Assembly (NCBI GenBank): GCA_965223545.1 | Contig: OZ245006.1 | Location: 3,040,001-3,104,000, forward strand | Reading direction: 5' to 3' | Length of the DNA stretch: 64,000 bases | Origin: Planctomycetota bacterium | GTDB lineage: Bacteria > Planctomycetota > UBA1135 > UBA2386 | Part shown: positions 30,301 to 39,412 of the stretch, piece by piece | Layout of the letters: every line of letters begins with the position of its first letter | Numbering within the stretch: position 1 is the first letter of the stretch | The notes under the pieces: generated by a model | What the model was told of the DNA's origin: nothing | Seen by the model: the letters and a program-made list of their open reading frames with translations, nothing else | Database searches by the model: none | Position numbers and translations under genes: made by a program

Positions 30301-33300
30301 CAGCCCCGAACGGCTCGCCTGCGTGGTCCACGCCACGTCTTGCAAACCCTGCTCCGGGTGCGTGCGCAGGTGCGCCGCCAACCGCGCCGACATCTCGTCC
30401 AGCGCCGCCACCGTGTGCGCCGACAGCGTCAACACCTCGCATTCGCGCGTCGCGTCGGCCGGCACCGGCCGCGCCGGCGCCTCCTCCAGCACGGCGTGCG
30501 CGTTCGTCCCGCCGAAGCCGAACGCGCTGACCGCGGCGCGCCGCGGCCGTGCACCGCGCGGCCAGGACCGCAGCGCGGCGTTGACGAAGAACGGCGAGCC
30601 CGCGAAGTCGATCTCCGGATTGGGCCGCTCGTAGTGCAGCGTCGGCGGGATCTCCTCCCGCTCGAGCGCCAGCACTGCCTTGATGAAACCCGCGACCCCT
30701 GCCGCGGCATCGGTGTGCCCGAGGTTGGACTTGACCGCGCCGAGCGCACAGGCTTGCGCATCCGGCGCCCCGCCGGCGCGAAACGCGCGGGACAGCGCGG
30801 CGATCTCGATCGGATCGCCGAGGGGCGTCGCCGTGCCATGGCATTCGACGTAGCCGATGCTCGTCGCATCGACACCCGCGTCCATCTGCGCCGCGGCGAT
30901 GACCTTGGCCTGCCCATCGACACTGGGCGCGGTGAAGGCGACCTTGTTGCTGCCGTCGTTGTTCAGTGCGCCGCCGCGCACCACGGCGCGGATCGGATCG
31001 CCATCGCGGAGCGCGTCGGCGAGGCGCTTGAGCAGCACGACGCCGGCTCCCTCGCCACCCAGGGTCCCCGCCGCCCGCGCGTCGAAGGGCCGGCAGTGGC
31101 CATCGGGCGAGAAGATCATGCCCTCCTGATAGAGGTAGCCGATCGTGCGCGGGCACGCGATGGAGACCCCGCCGGCCAGCGCCATGTCGCACTCGTAGCC
31201 GCGCAGACTGCTGCAGGCCTGGAGGATCGCGACCAACGACGTCGAGCACGCGGTCTGCACCTCCACGGCCGGCCCTTGCAGGTCGAGCTTGTAGGCGACC
31301 CGGGTCGCCAGCGCGCCGCCTCCATAGCTGAACAGGGCGAGCTGAAACGCGTCCGCGGATTCGGCGAACGCGCGATTGCGGAGCACGTTGTTGCTGAAGT
31401 ACGTGTTCGGCCCGCATCCCGCGAAGACACCGACCGAGCCGGCACCGCGCGGACCGTAGCCCGCGTCCTCGAGCGCGGCCCAACAGCACTCGAGCAGGAA
31501 CCGGTGCTGCGGGTCCATGGCCTCGGCCTCGCGCGCGGGGATCGCGAACAAGCCGGCATCGAACAGGTCGACGTCGTCGAGCACCGCACGCGCTTTGACG
31601 TAGGCCGGATCAGCCAGCCGCTCGGCGGGTTCACCGGCAGCCAGCAGCTCGTCGTCGGAGAACCAGGAGATGCCTTCGCGACCGTCGCGCAGCATTTGCC
31701 AGTATGCGTCGACGTCGGGTGCCTTGGGAAAGCGCGCCGCGATGCCGATCACCGCGATCGCCTCGCCGTCCGCCGCCGCATCGCCCCGGCGGACAAGCCG
31801 CGCGCGCACCGCCGCGAACGCGTCCTCCTCCCCATCGCCGCCCCGCAGGTGCGCCGCCATCGCGCCCACCGTCGGATACTGGAACACCTCCGCGATCGAC
31901 AGCTCCACGCCACAGCGCTCCGCCAAACGCCGCCGCAGCTGCACGATCAGCAGCGAGTGGCCACCCAGGTCGAAGAAGTTGTCGCCGCGCCCGACCCGCT
32001 CGACCTCCAACAGCTCCCGCCAAATCGCCGCGACCTCTTCCTCCAGCTCCCCCGACGGCGCCACGTACCCCGCACCGCCGCGCGCTCCCACCTCGCGCCC
32101 CATCAGCGCCGCGCGGTCCACCTTGCCGTTCGGCGTCAGCGGATACTCCGCCAGCTCCACCAGCACACCCGGCACCATGTACTCCGGCAGCGAACCGCGC
32201 AGATGCTCGCGCAGCGCGCCCTCCGTCGCCTCCGCGTTGCCCGGCTCGACGCGGTAGAAGCCCACCAGCTGCACGTCGCCGCGCCGTTTGGTCTGCGCCA
32301 CCACCACCGCGTCTCGCACGCCGCCGTGCCCCGCCAGCACCGCCTCGATCTCGCCCAGCTCGATCCGGAAGCCGCGCACCTTCACCTGGTGGTCGATCCG
32401 GCCCAAGAACTCCAGCTCACCCGCGTTCGTGTAGCGCGCGAGGTCGCCCGTCTCGTAGATCCGACCCGTCTCCGCAAACGGGTGCGCCACGAACTTCTCC
32501 GCCGTCAGCGCATCGCGACGCCAGTAGCCCCGCGCCAGCCCGTCACCGCCCAAGAACAGCTTGCCGGGAACACCCACCGGCACCGGCTGGCCGTGCCGGT
32601 CCAGCAGGTACACCTCCGTGTTCGCGATCGGCGCACCGATCGGCACCGGACCGCTCCCCGACTCCACCCGGCCGCACAGCGACCAGATCGTCGTCTCCGT
32701 CGGCCCGTACATGTTCCACACTTCGCCCACCAGCGGCAGCAGCCGCTCCGCCAGCTCACGCGGAAACGCCTCGCCGCCGCACAGCACCTTCAGCCCCGAC
32801 AGGCCGCCCCATCCCGACTCCAGCAGCAGGTGCCACGTCGCCGGCGTCGCCTGCATCACCGTCGCGCCACACGACTCCATCAGCGCCGCCAGCTGCTCGC
32901 CGTCGCTCGCCTGCGCGCTCGTCGCGATCTCCACCCGGCCGCCGACCAACAGCGGCAGGTACAGCTCCAGGCCCGCGATGTCGAACGAGATCGTCGTCAC
33001 CCCGAGCAGCGTGTCCTCGCTCCCCATCCCCGGGCTCGACGCCATCGCGCACAGAAAGTTCAGCAGCGCCCGGTGCTCGATCTGCACCCCCTTCGGCCGC
33101 CCCGTCGAACCCGACGTGAAGATCACGTACGCCAGATCACCGGGCCCCGCCGCCGGCGCCAGCGGCGCGGCGCTTTGCGCGGCGATCGCCGCTCGCGTCC
33201 CTTCCTCCTCGAGGTCCAGCACCGCCGGCAGCGACGGCGGTAGCCGTGGCAGCAGCCCGCTCTGCGTCACCAGCAGCGAGATCTCCGCGTCCTCCATGAT

Positions 33301-35229
33301 GAACGCCAATCGATCCGCCGGGAACGACGGGTCCAGCGGTACGTACGCGGCGCCGGCCTTCTGGATCGCCAGCAGCGCCACCAGCATCCCGACCGAGCGC
33401 TCCACCGACACGCCCACCAGCTGGCCACGAGCCACGCCCCGCGACGACAGCTCGCGCGCCAGCTGGTTGCTGCGCGCCTCCAGCTCAGCGTGGCTCAGCC
33501 GCTCGCCGCCGCACGACACCGCCACCGCGTCACCGCGCTCCGCCGCGACCCGGCTGAGCTCGGCCACCAACGTCGAGTCGCGCGGATACTCCCGCTGCGT
33601 CGCTGCACTCGATGCCACCACTGCCGCGCGCTCGCTCTCCGTCAGCAGCGGCAGCTCCCAGATGCTCGCTTCCGGCGACGCGGTCATCGCCCGCAGCAGC
33701 TGCAGATAGTGCTGCTCGAACCGGGCGACGGTGGCGTCGTCGAACAGGTCGGTGTTGTACTCGAACGCACCCTGCAGGTCGCCGCCGGCACTGTCGCCGA
33801 CGAACAGCGTCAGGTCGAACATCGCCTGACCGCTGTCGGGCAGCAGCAGCTCGACCTCGCAGTCGCCGAGCCGCGGCAGCTCCGCTTCCTGGGTCATGCT
33901 GAACAGCACCTGGAACAGCGGGTTGCGGCTCAGGTCGCGGTCGGGCTTGAGCTCGACGACGAGCTGCTCGAACGGCATGCCCTGGTGCTCGAACGCGTCG
34001 AGGGCGGTGCCCCGCACGCGCCGCAGCACCTCGCCGACACTCGGCGCGCCCGACAGGTCCGACCGCAGCACGAGGGTGTTCAAGAACAAACCGATCAAGG
34101 GCTCGGTCTGCGCCGATTCGCGCCCACCGGTCGGCGTGCCCAGCACGATGTCGTCCTGTCCGCTGTAGCGTGCCAGCAGCACCTTGAACGCCGCCAACGC
34201 TGCCATGAAGAACGTGCACCCGCGGGCGCGCGCCATCGCCTTGAAGTCGTCGACGACGGGCTTGGGCATGCGGAACACGCGCCGGCCGCCCGCAAACGTC
34301 TGCACCGCGGGGCGTGGCCGGTCGGTGGGCAGCTCGAGCACCGGTACGCCTGCCAGCTGCTGCCGCCAGTAAGCCAGCAGGGCACCACCGTGGGCGTCGT
34401 ACCAACGGCGCTGCCATGTGGCGTAGTCCGCGTACTGCACCTCGAGCTCCGGCAACGGCGACCGCTTGCCGGCACATCGCGCCTCGTACAGCGTCGCCAG
34501 CTCGTGGAACCAGATCCCGAACGACAACCCGTCGGTGATCATGTGCAGCATGGTGAACACGAGCACGTGATCGCTCTTGCCGAGCTGCAGGAGCACCAAC
34601 CGCAGCAGCGGCCCGGTGCGCAGATCGCATCCGGTCTCGCTCTCTTGCTGCGCGATCTTCAGCGCCGCCGCGAGCGGATCGTCCCGATCGCGCAGGTCGG
34701 TGCGCGCCAGCGTCCACGCCGCCGGCTCGTGCACCACCTGCACCGGCTCGTCGCCGGCGGTCTCGAACGTCGTGCGCAGCACCTCGTGCCGGCGGACGAT
34801 CTCAGCGATGCTCCCCTCGAGCGCGTCGGCATCGAGCGGACCGCGAAACCGCAGCATGTGGGACAGGTTGTAGGGCGCGGTGTCGCCGCCGAGCTCGCAC
34901 AGGAACCAGAACCGCTGCTGGCCAAAGGAGAGGGGCAGGGTCCCGTCACGCGGCACGGGCGGGATCACCAGCGGGTCTTCGGCACCGGCCGAGATCGGAT
35001 CGGCGGCGGCCGCCGCCGCGGGGTCGCCAGACCGAAGTGCCTCCTCATCCTCCGACTCCGACTCCGACTCCAAGACGAAGGCGATCACCTCGTCGCGCTG
35101 CGCTTCGAGCTCGCGGGCGAGCTCTGCCGGCAGCTCGGCCCGGGGAATTCCCGTGCAGAGCTCACCGCCATCGACCCACAACCGACAGCCCAGCGCGCGC
35201 AGGCGCGACAGCAGCTCGAACAGCGTCAC
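27331..35229 (-). CDS. Hybrid NRPS-PKS 2: docking-C-A(Gly)-PCP-KS-AT(malonyl)-KR-ACP
   Basis: Same architecture as 6551..14431. C LHMITDG; KS QTACSTS, HGTAT, NLGH; AT GHSIGE, HAFH; KR VTGGLGGVG, DYAGAN; ACP LGFDSL. GTG 35229 has GGGAG upstream; the ORF is open to 35271. Confidence 0.95.
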   Translation of the reverse strand: MTLFELLSRLRALGCRLWVDGGELCTGIPRAELPAELARELEAQRDEVIAFVLESESESEDEEALRSGDPAAAAAADPISAGAEDPLVIPPVPRDGTLPLSFGQQRFWFLCELGGDTAPYNLSHMLRFRGPLDADALEGSIAEIVRRHEVLRTTFETAGDEPVQVVHEPAAWTLARTDLRDRDDPLAAALKIAQQESETGCDLRTGPLLRLVLLQLGKSDHVLVFTMLHMITDGLSFGIWFHELATLYEARCAGKRSPLPELEVQYADYATWQRRWYDAHGGALLAYWRQQLAGVPVLELPTDRPRPAVQTFAGGRRVFRMPKPVVDDFKAMARARGCTFFMAALAAFKVLLARYSGQDDIVLGTPTGGRESAQTEPLIGLFLNTLVLRSDLSGAPSVGEVLRRVRGTALDAFEHQGMPFEQLVVELKPDRDLSRNPLFQVLFSMTQEAELPRLGDCEVELLLPDSGQAMFDLTLFVGDSAGGDLQGAFEYNTDLFDDATVARFEQHYLQLLRAMTASPEASIWELPLLTESERAAVVASSAATQREYPRDSTLVAELSRVAAERGDAVAVSCGGERLSHAELEARSNQLARELSSRGVARGQLVGVSVERSVGMLVALLAIQKAGAAYVPLDPSFPADRLAFIMEDAEISLLVTQSGLLPRLPPSLPAVLDLEEEGTRAAIAAQSAAPLAPAAGPGDLAYVIFTSGSTGRPKGVQIEHRALLNFLCAMASSPGMGSEDTLLGVTTISFDIAGLELYLPLLVGGRVEIATSAQASDGEQLAALMESCGATVMQATPATWHLLLESGWGGLSGLKVLCGGEAFPRELAERLLPLVGEVWNMYGPTETTIWSLCGRVESGSGPVPIGAPIANTEVYLLDRHGQPVPVGVPGKLFLGGDGLARGYWRRDALTAEKFVAHPFAETGRIYETGDLARYTNAGELEFLGRIDHQVKVRGFRIELGEIEAVLAGHGGVRDAVVVAQTKRRGDVQLVGFYRVEPGNAEATEGALREHLRGSLPEYMVPGVLVELAEYPLTPNGKVDRAALMGREVGARGGAGYVAPSGELEEEVAAIWRELLEVERVGRGDNFFDLGGHSLLIVQLRRRLAERCGVELSIAEVFQYPTVGAMAAHLRGGDGEEDAFAAVRARLVRRGDAAADGEAIAVIGIAARFPKAPDVDAYWQMLRDGREGISWFSDDELLAAGEPAERLADPAYVKARAVLDDVDLFDAGLFAIPAREAEAMDPQHRFLLECCWAALEDAGYGPRGAGSVGVFAGCGPNTYFSNNVLRNRAFAESADAFQLALFSYGGGALATRVAYKLDLQGPAVEVQTACSTSLVAILQACSSLRGYECDMALAGGVSIACPRTIGYLYQEGMIFSPDGHCRPFDARAAGTLGGEGAGVVLLKRLADALRDGDPIRAVVRGGALNNDGSNKVAFTAPSVDGQAKVIAAAQMDAGVDATSIGYVECHGTATPLGDPIEIAALSRAFRAGGAPDAQACALGAVKSNLGHTDAAAGVAGFIKAVLALEREEIPPTLHYERPNPEIDFAGSPFFVNAALRSWPRGARPRRAAVSAFGFGGTNAHAVLEEAPARPVPADATRECEVLTLSAHTVAALDEMSARLAAHLRTHPEQGLQDVAWTTQASRSGLAHRRALVVRDAADAAELLAGGDAKRVLAGARGDGEARVAFLFPGQGAQYVGMGRSLYDGYPVFRAALDRCAELLQPHLEGDLRALLYPASPSAEDAERLQQTRWTQPAIFAVEYALAELWRSFGVVPSAFLGHSIGEFVAATLAGVFELSDALALVALRGRLMQALPGGAMLSVPLGEAEVGALLGQRASGGELSLAAVNGPRSCVVSGPHAAVSALEAELSERDLPCRPLHTSHAFHSSMMESIVAEFERAVAAVSRQPAGARCVSTVTGDWIAAEDWQAPEYWGRNLRHAVRFADGVGRLLAEEGLVLLEVGPGQTLSALSKQQGVAGRVVVSSMRHPQDTVSDGEALFAAAARLWLADVALDWRATHGEAPVRRVSLPTYPFARTRYWIDADTGAPAAVPAQAGRRPLPEWFSVPVWRPAAVPAERSLRRGWWLLDAGGSVAAAVHRQLSAAGEPLRRDSLDVERAAADASLAELRERGVDRIVVLHLGGLRGGDAPTDAAAWWRSFATVAAAVDAANAEADLVVVTDALREAAGCAVEDPERAAVFGAALVFGQELGGARAWSVDLERDPEPDRAAAEVLREACAGGAADAVALRGGARWVRDYAPYEVPSTAWRPRDNGVYLVTGGLGGVGGSLAQALAAPGVTIVLAGRSELPPEAQWAGADARVQRRVAVVRALRDRGATVRTQQVDLADPAAARALLARVRAEHGALHGIVHAAGAIAHHPLPSLSPAQAADVGEAKVAGAFALADALGDAPLDFAVLVSSLSTVIGGVGFADYAGANAVLDALAHRMGAPWVAVDWDAFADVGFAVELAPPDETEAQRQERERRLGDAIRGDEAAPALVRILAQPYRQVVVSTTDLQTRRTRARAPIDNAPPTDGDAPALATHGRPELAQEYTAPRNDLERDIAEILQELLALDRVGVLDNFFDLGFDSLLGHRLIGRLKDKLELTVPLATIIESPTVADLAAYAEVARWAATMDGGDSG
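29140..30513. repeat. Direct repeat block B, copy 2; GRINS-like
   Basis: Near-identical to 8432-9805. Confidence 0.9.
31698..33683. repeat. Direct repeat block A, copy 2; GRINS-like
   Basis: Near-identical to 10984-12969. Confidence 0.93.
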
Positions 35230-35475
35230 CGGCGGGCTCCCGGCCTTCGCGTGGACGCGGCGGCTCGGCATTCGGAGGGAGGAAGAGGCGGGGCGGGCAT
35301 GGAGGGTCGAGGCTCCGGCGAAGTCTACCTGACGTCACACACCGCGTCGCCACGCGCCGGTGGGACGGAGGACTCCACACCGAGCGGCAATCACCTTTGG
35401 TCGAGGCCCGGCACTCCCCGAAACAAACAGAGAATCGACCGGCGCCACCGCGCGTACCGCGTCCACCGACAAGCG

Positions 35476-36519
35476 ATGCCCGTGTTGAACACAGTCCCGG
35501 TCCACTACCGACGCGGCGCCGTCTTCCGCGGCGGGTTAGCCGCGGCCGCGTTCGCCACTGCGATCGTCATCGACCTGGTGTTGCAGCGCTCGCCGATCGC
35601 GGACGCACCGCCGCGCTGGAGTTGGTGGGACCTGCTGCGCAGCGGGGCGATCGCCGCGTGCGCCCTGTTGTCGATCTCGACATTGCTGCGGCTACGCCCC
35701 GTGCGGGCGGGGTCCTGCGCGTCCGCGCCGATCTCGGCGGCAACGCCGGCCGCGGTGTGCCTCGGGCTGGCAGCCACCTGCGTGGCGCTGCTGGCCTTTG
35801 CCCCGACAGTCTACGAATGGCTGTGCCAGGAAGACTCTTGGGTCGAGAACTCGTCGGCCGCGGCGATGGCGCTGGCCGCAGCCGTCGGCGCCCACCTGTG
35901 TGTTCGCGGCGCCAACCACCACGCCCTCAGGGTGGCAGCTGCGGCCGTGGCAGCGTTCTTTGCCCTGTGCGCGCTCGAGGAGGTCTCTTGGTTCCAACGC
36001 GTCTTGGACATCGAGACGTCGGCGTGGTTCGAGGGCAACCTGCAGAACGAGACCAACCTGCACAACTTCGCCACCGACAAGCTCGAGACCCTCTACTACT
36101 CGGGCGCTTTCGCCATGCTGGTCGCGCTGCCCTGGGCCGCGGAGCAGCTACCGCTGCGGTCGCTTCTCGGCCCGCTCGGGCCCCTCGTCCCCGGTCGGCG
36201 CGCGGTGGCCTGCGCCGCCCCCTGCAGCGCGTTCAACTACGACATGTGGAACAACGCTGCGATGCAGCTCGCGCTGGCCGGCACCCTGGCGATCCTCGGC
36301 CACTTCGCGCTCGCCTCCCACCGCGCCGGCGCGCGCCGAGAAGCGCGGATTTGGATGGGGTTGACCGTCGCGACGGTGGGCATCCAAGCCAGCTTCTTGT
36401 GCAACGGCGCGGCGCAGGAGCGGATCTGGTCGGTGACCGAGTATCGAGAGCTGCTGATCGCGATCGCCTGTGCGGCCTATGCGATCGACGTCCGCCGGCA
36501 GGTGGCGGCGCCCCGCTGA
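35476..36519 (+). CDS. Polytopic membrane protein with EDxxVE / EExSWxQR / NxQxExNLHN motifs; function unknown
   Basis: About 9 hydrophobic segments, with QEDSWVEN, LEEVSWFQRV and NLQNETNLHN. It is the real 3' part of ORF 33490..36519, whose 5' part is antisense shadow of the NRPS. Confidence 0.75.
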   Translation: MPVLNTVPVHYRRGAVFRGGLAAAAFATAIVIDLVLQRSPIADAPPRWSWWDLLRSGAIAACALLSISTLLRLRPVRAGSCASAPISAATPAAVCLGLAATCVALLAFAPTVYEWLCQEDSWVENSSAAAMALAAAVGAHLCVRGANHHALRVAAAAVAAFFALCALEEVSWFQRVLDIETSAWFEGNLQNETNLHNFATDKLETLYYSGAFAMLVALPWAAEQLPLRSLLGPLGPLVPGRRAVACAAPCSAFNYDMWNNAAMQLALAGTLAILGHFALASHRAGARREARIWMGLTVATVGIQASFLCNGAAQERIWSVTEYRELLIAIACAAYAIDVRRQVAAPR

Positions 36520-36552
36520 ACGGCGCGTCGTCCGCGGGTCAGCAGGCCCCGG

Positions 36553-37749
36553 TCAGAACGCCGTGGGCGGCGGCATGGCGCGCTCGAGCAACGACGGCCG
36601 CTCGGCGAGCACCTCGCGGTAGCGTTCGACGTCCACGTGCACGCTGCAGCCGGTGAACCAACTGAGCAGCTGCCGGCTGGTCGCGTTGGCGATCGGATCG
36701 TGGTCGTCCGCCAGCTCGAGCAACTGCTCCACGGCGCCGCGATCGCCGGCGCTCAGCAGCGCGCGCACGGCGGCGGTGCGCAGCGGCGGGTCCAACATCG
36801 ACAGCTGGCCGCGCACCTGCTCCGGCTCCACCGATCGCGTCGACTCGAGACAGTAGATCGCGCGGCGCCGGATCTCGAGGTCGAGGTTCGGCTCCAGGAT
36901 CCACGTCCAGACGGACCGCGGGTCCTGCAACGGGCCCTCCAGGCTGGCGAGCGCGGCGAGCGCTACGCGCTGAACATCCGGCGACCACTGGAAGAACGCA
37001 CGCGTCAGCCGCTCTTCGTAGTCACCCGCAACCCCGGCCGCAGTGATGAGCTCGATGATGCGGATCCGCTCGCGATCGTCGCCGAGCTCGACCCGGTTCC
37101 AGATCTCGCTCCAGAGCAACTCGCTGGGGTGGGCCAACAAGAAGTCCATCGCCGCCGTGCACACCTCGGCGTCGTCGTGGGCCATCAGGGACACGACCTG
37201 CTCGGTGACGTCCTCGGCGAACGGTGCGGCATGTTCGAGCGCCGCGAGCAGCACCGCGGCGTGCGACTCGAGCAAGAACAGCGCGATCGGCTCCTGCGAC
37301 CACGGGCGCAGTTGCCCCAAAGCGCGGATGGCGCGCGCACGCCGCTCCGGTGGACCATCGGCGGCCAGTCTCTCGAGCTCCGCGCTGAAGCTGACGATGC
37401 CGGCGGCGCCGACGTAGTCGATCGCCGCGGCGTGCAGGGGATCGACCGGTCGCCGCAGCATCGCCTGCAGCGGCGCCGCGAACTCGCGCGCATGACCCGG
37501 CGCTGCCGCCAGGATGCGCTCGCGCTCGCGCGGGTCATACGCACCCTGCAGCGCGCGCAGAGTCTCGTGCAGCCGGCGCTCGGCCATCGACTTGCCGGGG
37601 CCGAGCTCGATCTCCGGCTGAATGCTGAGCGCGTGCGCCGCGATCGCCGCCGCGACCCCGGCCAGCACGATGCCAGCGACGCGTGAGACCGCGACCTGGT
37701 TGAAGCGGGGCTCGGGCAACCCCGAGGGGGGGCGGGGGGAGGGACTCAT
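36553..37749 (-). CDS. Membrane-anchored HEAT-repeat-like protein
   Basis: N-terminal TM followed by repeated helical R..A..AL units. ATGA overlap with the upstream stop at 37746-37749. Confidence 0.7.
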   Translation of the reverse strand: MSPSPRPPSGLPEPRFNQVAVSRVAGIVLAGVAAAIAAHALSIQPEIELGPGKSMAERRLHETLRALQGAYDPRERERILAAAPGHAREFAAPLQAMLRRPVDPLHAAAIDYVGAAGIVSFSAELERLAADGPPERRARAIRALGQLRPWSQEPIALFLLESHAAVLLAALEHAAPFAEDVTEQVVSLMAHDDAEVCTAAMDFLLAHPSELLWSEIWNRVELGDDRERIRIIELITAAGVAGDYEERLTRAFFQWSPDVQRVALAALASLEGPLQDPRSVWTWILEPNLDLEIRRRAIYCLESTRSVEPEQVRGQLSMLDPPLRTAAVRALLSAGDRGAVEQLLELADDHDPIANATSRQLLSWFTGCSVHVDVERYREVLAERPSLLERAMPPPTAF

Positions 37750-38807
37750 CGAGCGATCTCCTGCCATCCGTTGAAGGCGACGTACGTGCCGCTCGCCTTG
37801 TTGGCCAGGGCGATGGCGGCGGATGAATAGATGACGTTGAGGGTGCCCTTGATCTCGAACGTCGAGCCGCTCGGGCCCTGCAACAGCGCGCCCCGGATCG
37901 TCGCCGTGCCCGCGCTGTTGACGATGTCGCCGAGCACGATCACGACGCCGTCGAACACGAAGTTGCCGGTCACGGTCAGATCGCCGGTGACCAGCAGGAT
38001 GCCGGCGCCTTGACAGCTGCCGGAGAACTGAACGTCGCCGTTGCGGTAGGCGATGTTGGCGACGCCACCGGTGCCGCTGCCGAACTTGTAGTTGGAGTAG
38101 CGCTTGCTGGTCAGGATCAGGTTGGCGATGTTCTGCAGCGACGTCACCATCTCGGTAAAGTTGAACGAGGTCGTCGCCGTCGCCATGGTCGGCGAGCCGG
38201 TCACGTAGCCCGACAGCGAAGTCGAGAACGACGTGGACGGCCCCGGCGACGCCACGGTCACGCCGGTGACCGTCGTGCCAGTCGACGCTCCGGTCATCGT
38301 CACCTCGTTGCCGGACACTTTCGGCGTGCCACTGCCGGCGAACACGATCGACGAGTTGAGGAACATCACCGCGCTGGAGATGGAGGGCAGCAACGGCACG
38401 GGGCCCAGATAGGCCACGACCTTGCGCGTGGTGTTGCGGTAGGTCCCCGCCACCAGCACCTGGAACGCATCCTCGTCGGCCTCGTCCACCGAGCCGTCGG
38501 CGTCGTTGTCCTGACCGTCGGAGCCGAGGTAGGTCGGCGTGACGTCGAACGAAATGCCGCCGCCGAGACCGCGGGTGTAGGTCACGCCCGTCTGCAGCGC
38601 CTTCGGGCCGGAGCGGCCGCGGAAGATCGCGTCGTCGATGCCGGACTCCGCCGCCAACAGCGCCTTCTCCTGGTCCAAGATCGCCTGGCCCTCCGCACTC
38701 CGGCGCGACATCGCCGCGGTGAACGCGCCGACGATCAGCAGCAACGGCACGAGCATCGCGAACAGGACAAAGAGGATCGCTCCTCGTTCAGAATGGGTCT
38801 GGTGCAT
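37746..38807 (-). CDS. PilX-like (type IV minor pilin N-terminus) protein
   Basis: ERG|AILFVLF.. prepilin-like N-terminus with ALLAAESGIDDA. C-terminal beta-helix-like G.G.LLV.GDL.V.GNF.F.G.VIV.G. Confidence 0.75.
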   Translation of the reverse strand: MHQTHSERGAILFVLFAMLVPLLLIVGAFTAAMSRRSAEGQAILDQEKALLAAESGIDDAIFRGRSGPKALQTGVTYTRGLGGGISFDVTPTYLGSDGQDNDADGSVDEADEDAFQVLVAGTYRNTTRKVVAYLGPVPLLPSISSAVMFLNSSIVFAGSGTPKVSGNEVTMTGASTGTTVTGVTVASPGPSTSFSTSLSGYVTGSPTMATATTSFNFTEMVTSLQNIANLILTSKRYSNYKFGSGTGGVANIAYRNGDVQFSGSCQGAGILLVTGDLTVTGNFVFDGVVIVLGDIVNSAGTATIRGALLQGPSGSTFEIKGTLNVIYSSAAIALANKASGTYVAFNGWQEIAR

Positions 38808-39412
38808 GGCTTGGCCTCCGCGCCTCCTCCCGCGGCCGCCTCACGTGCTGAGTGCAGCCGTCGGTTGTTTCGGCACACGCCGCCGCTCGGTTGAGACCGA
38901 GTGTGTCCGTGCTCTCACTCTGAGACTGGCCCGGGCCGGGGCCGCGACCCAAGACGAAGCACTTCGCGACAGCGACGGAGTCCGCCGCTCCAGCGTGGTG
39001 AAGTCCAAGCCAACCGAGTTCGCGCTCCACGGCCTAAGCGGGGCGTCGGGGCCACGGACGTGGTGCATCATCACCACGAAGGACCGAAGAACACGAAGAC
39101 CGGTTCCGACGCTGGCGCTGTCCCCAGCCCGCAGACGGACAAAAGTCAGGGCGGCGACCCCTTGCGGGATCGCCGCCCGGCCCTCTCAAGTCTCGTCTCG
39201 TCCAGTCGACTCTCCGTCTTCCCACCTTCCTCAGCGATAAACGGCAGCCGAACGGAACAGAAAACCACCAAAATGCGCGCCCCGCCGCGGTCCGCGACCG
39301 AGCGGCCGCGGCCCTGAGGCACGAGGTATCGTTGAGGGGTCGGAACCGGTCCCCTCCGCACTCCGCCCCGCAGAACGATCTCCGTTGCCCTGCCGGTGAC
39401 CCCACCGCCCGC

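Noticed and set aside
35051..35071. (TCCGAC)x3.5 microsatellite
   Set aside because: It is a short in-frame repeat encoding an ES linker, too short to imply phase variation.
37725..37743. G-rich tract resembling a G-quadruplex or slippage site
   Set aside because: It is explained by Pro codons at the start of the minus-strand HEAT gene, and the frame is intact.
38808..39412. 600-bp intergenic region with small ORFs, possible ncRNA or pilin remnant
   Set aside because: I saw no recognisable motif, stable structure or prepilin sequence. It is most simply a divergent promoter region.
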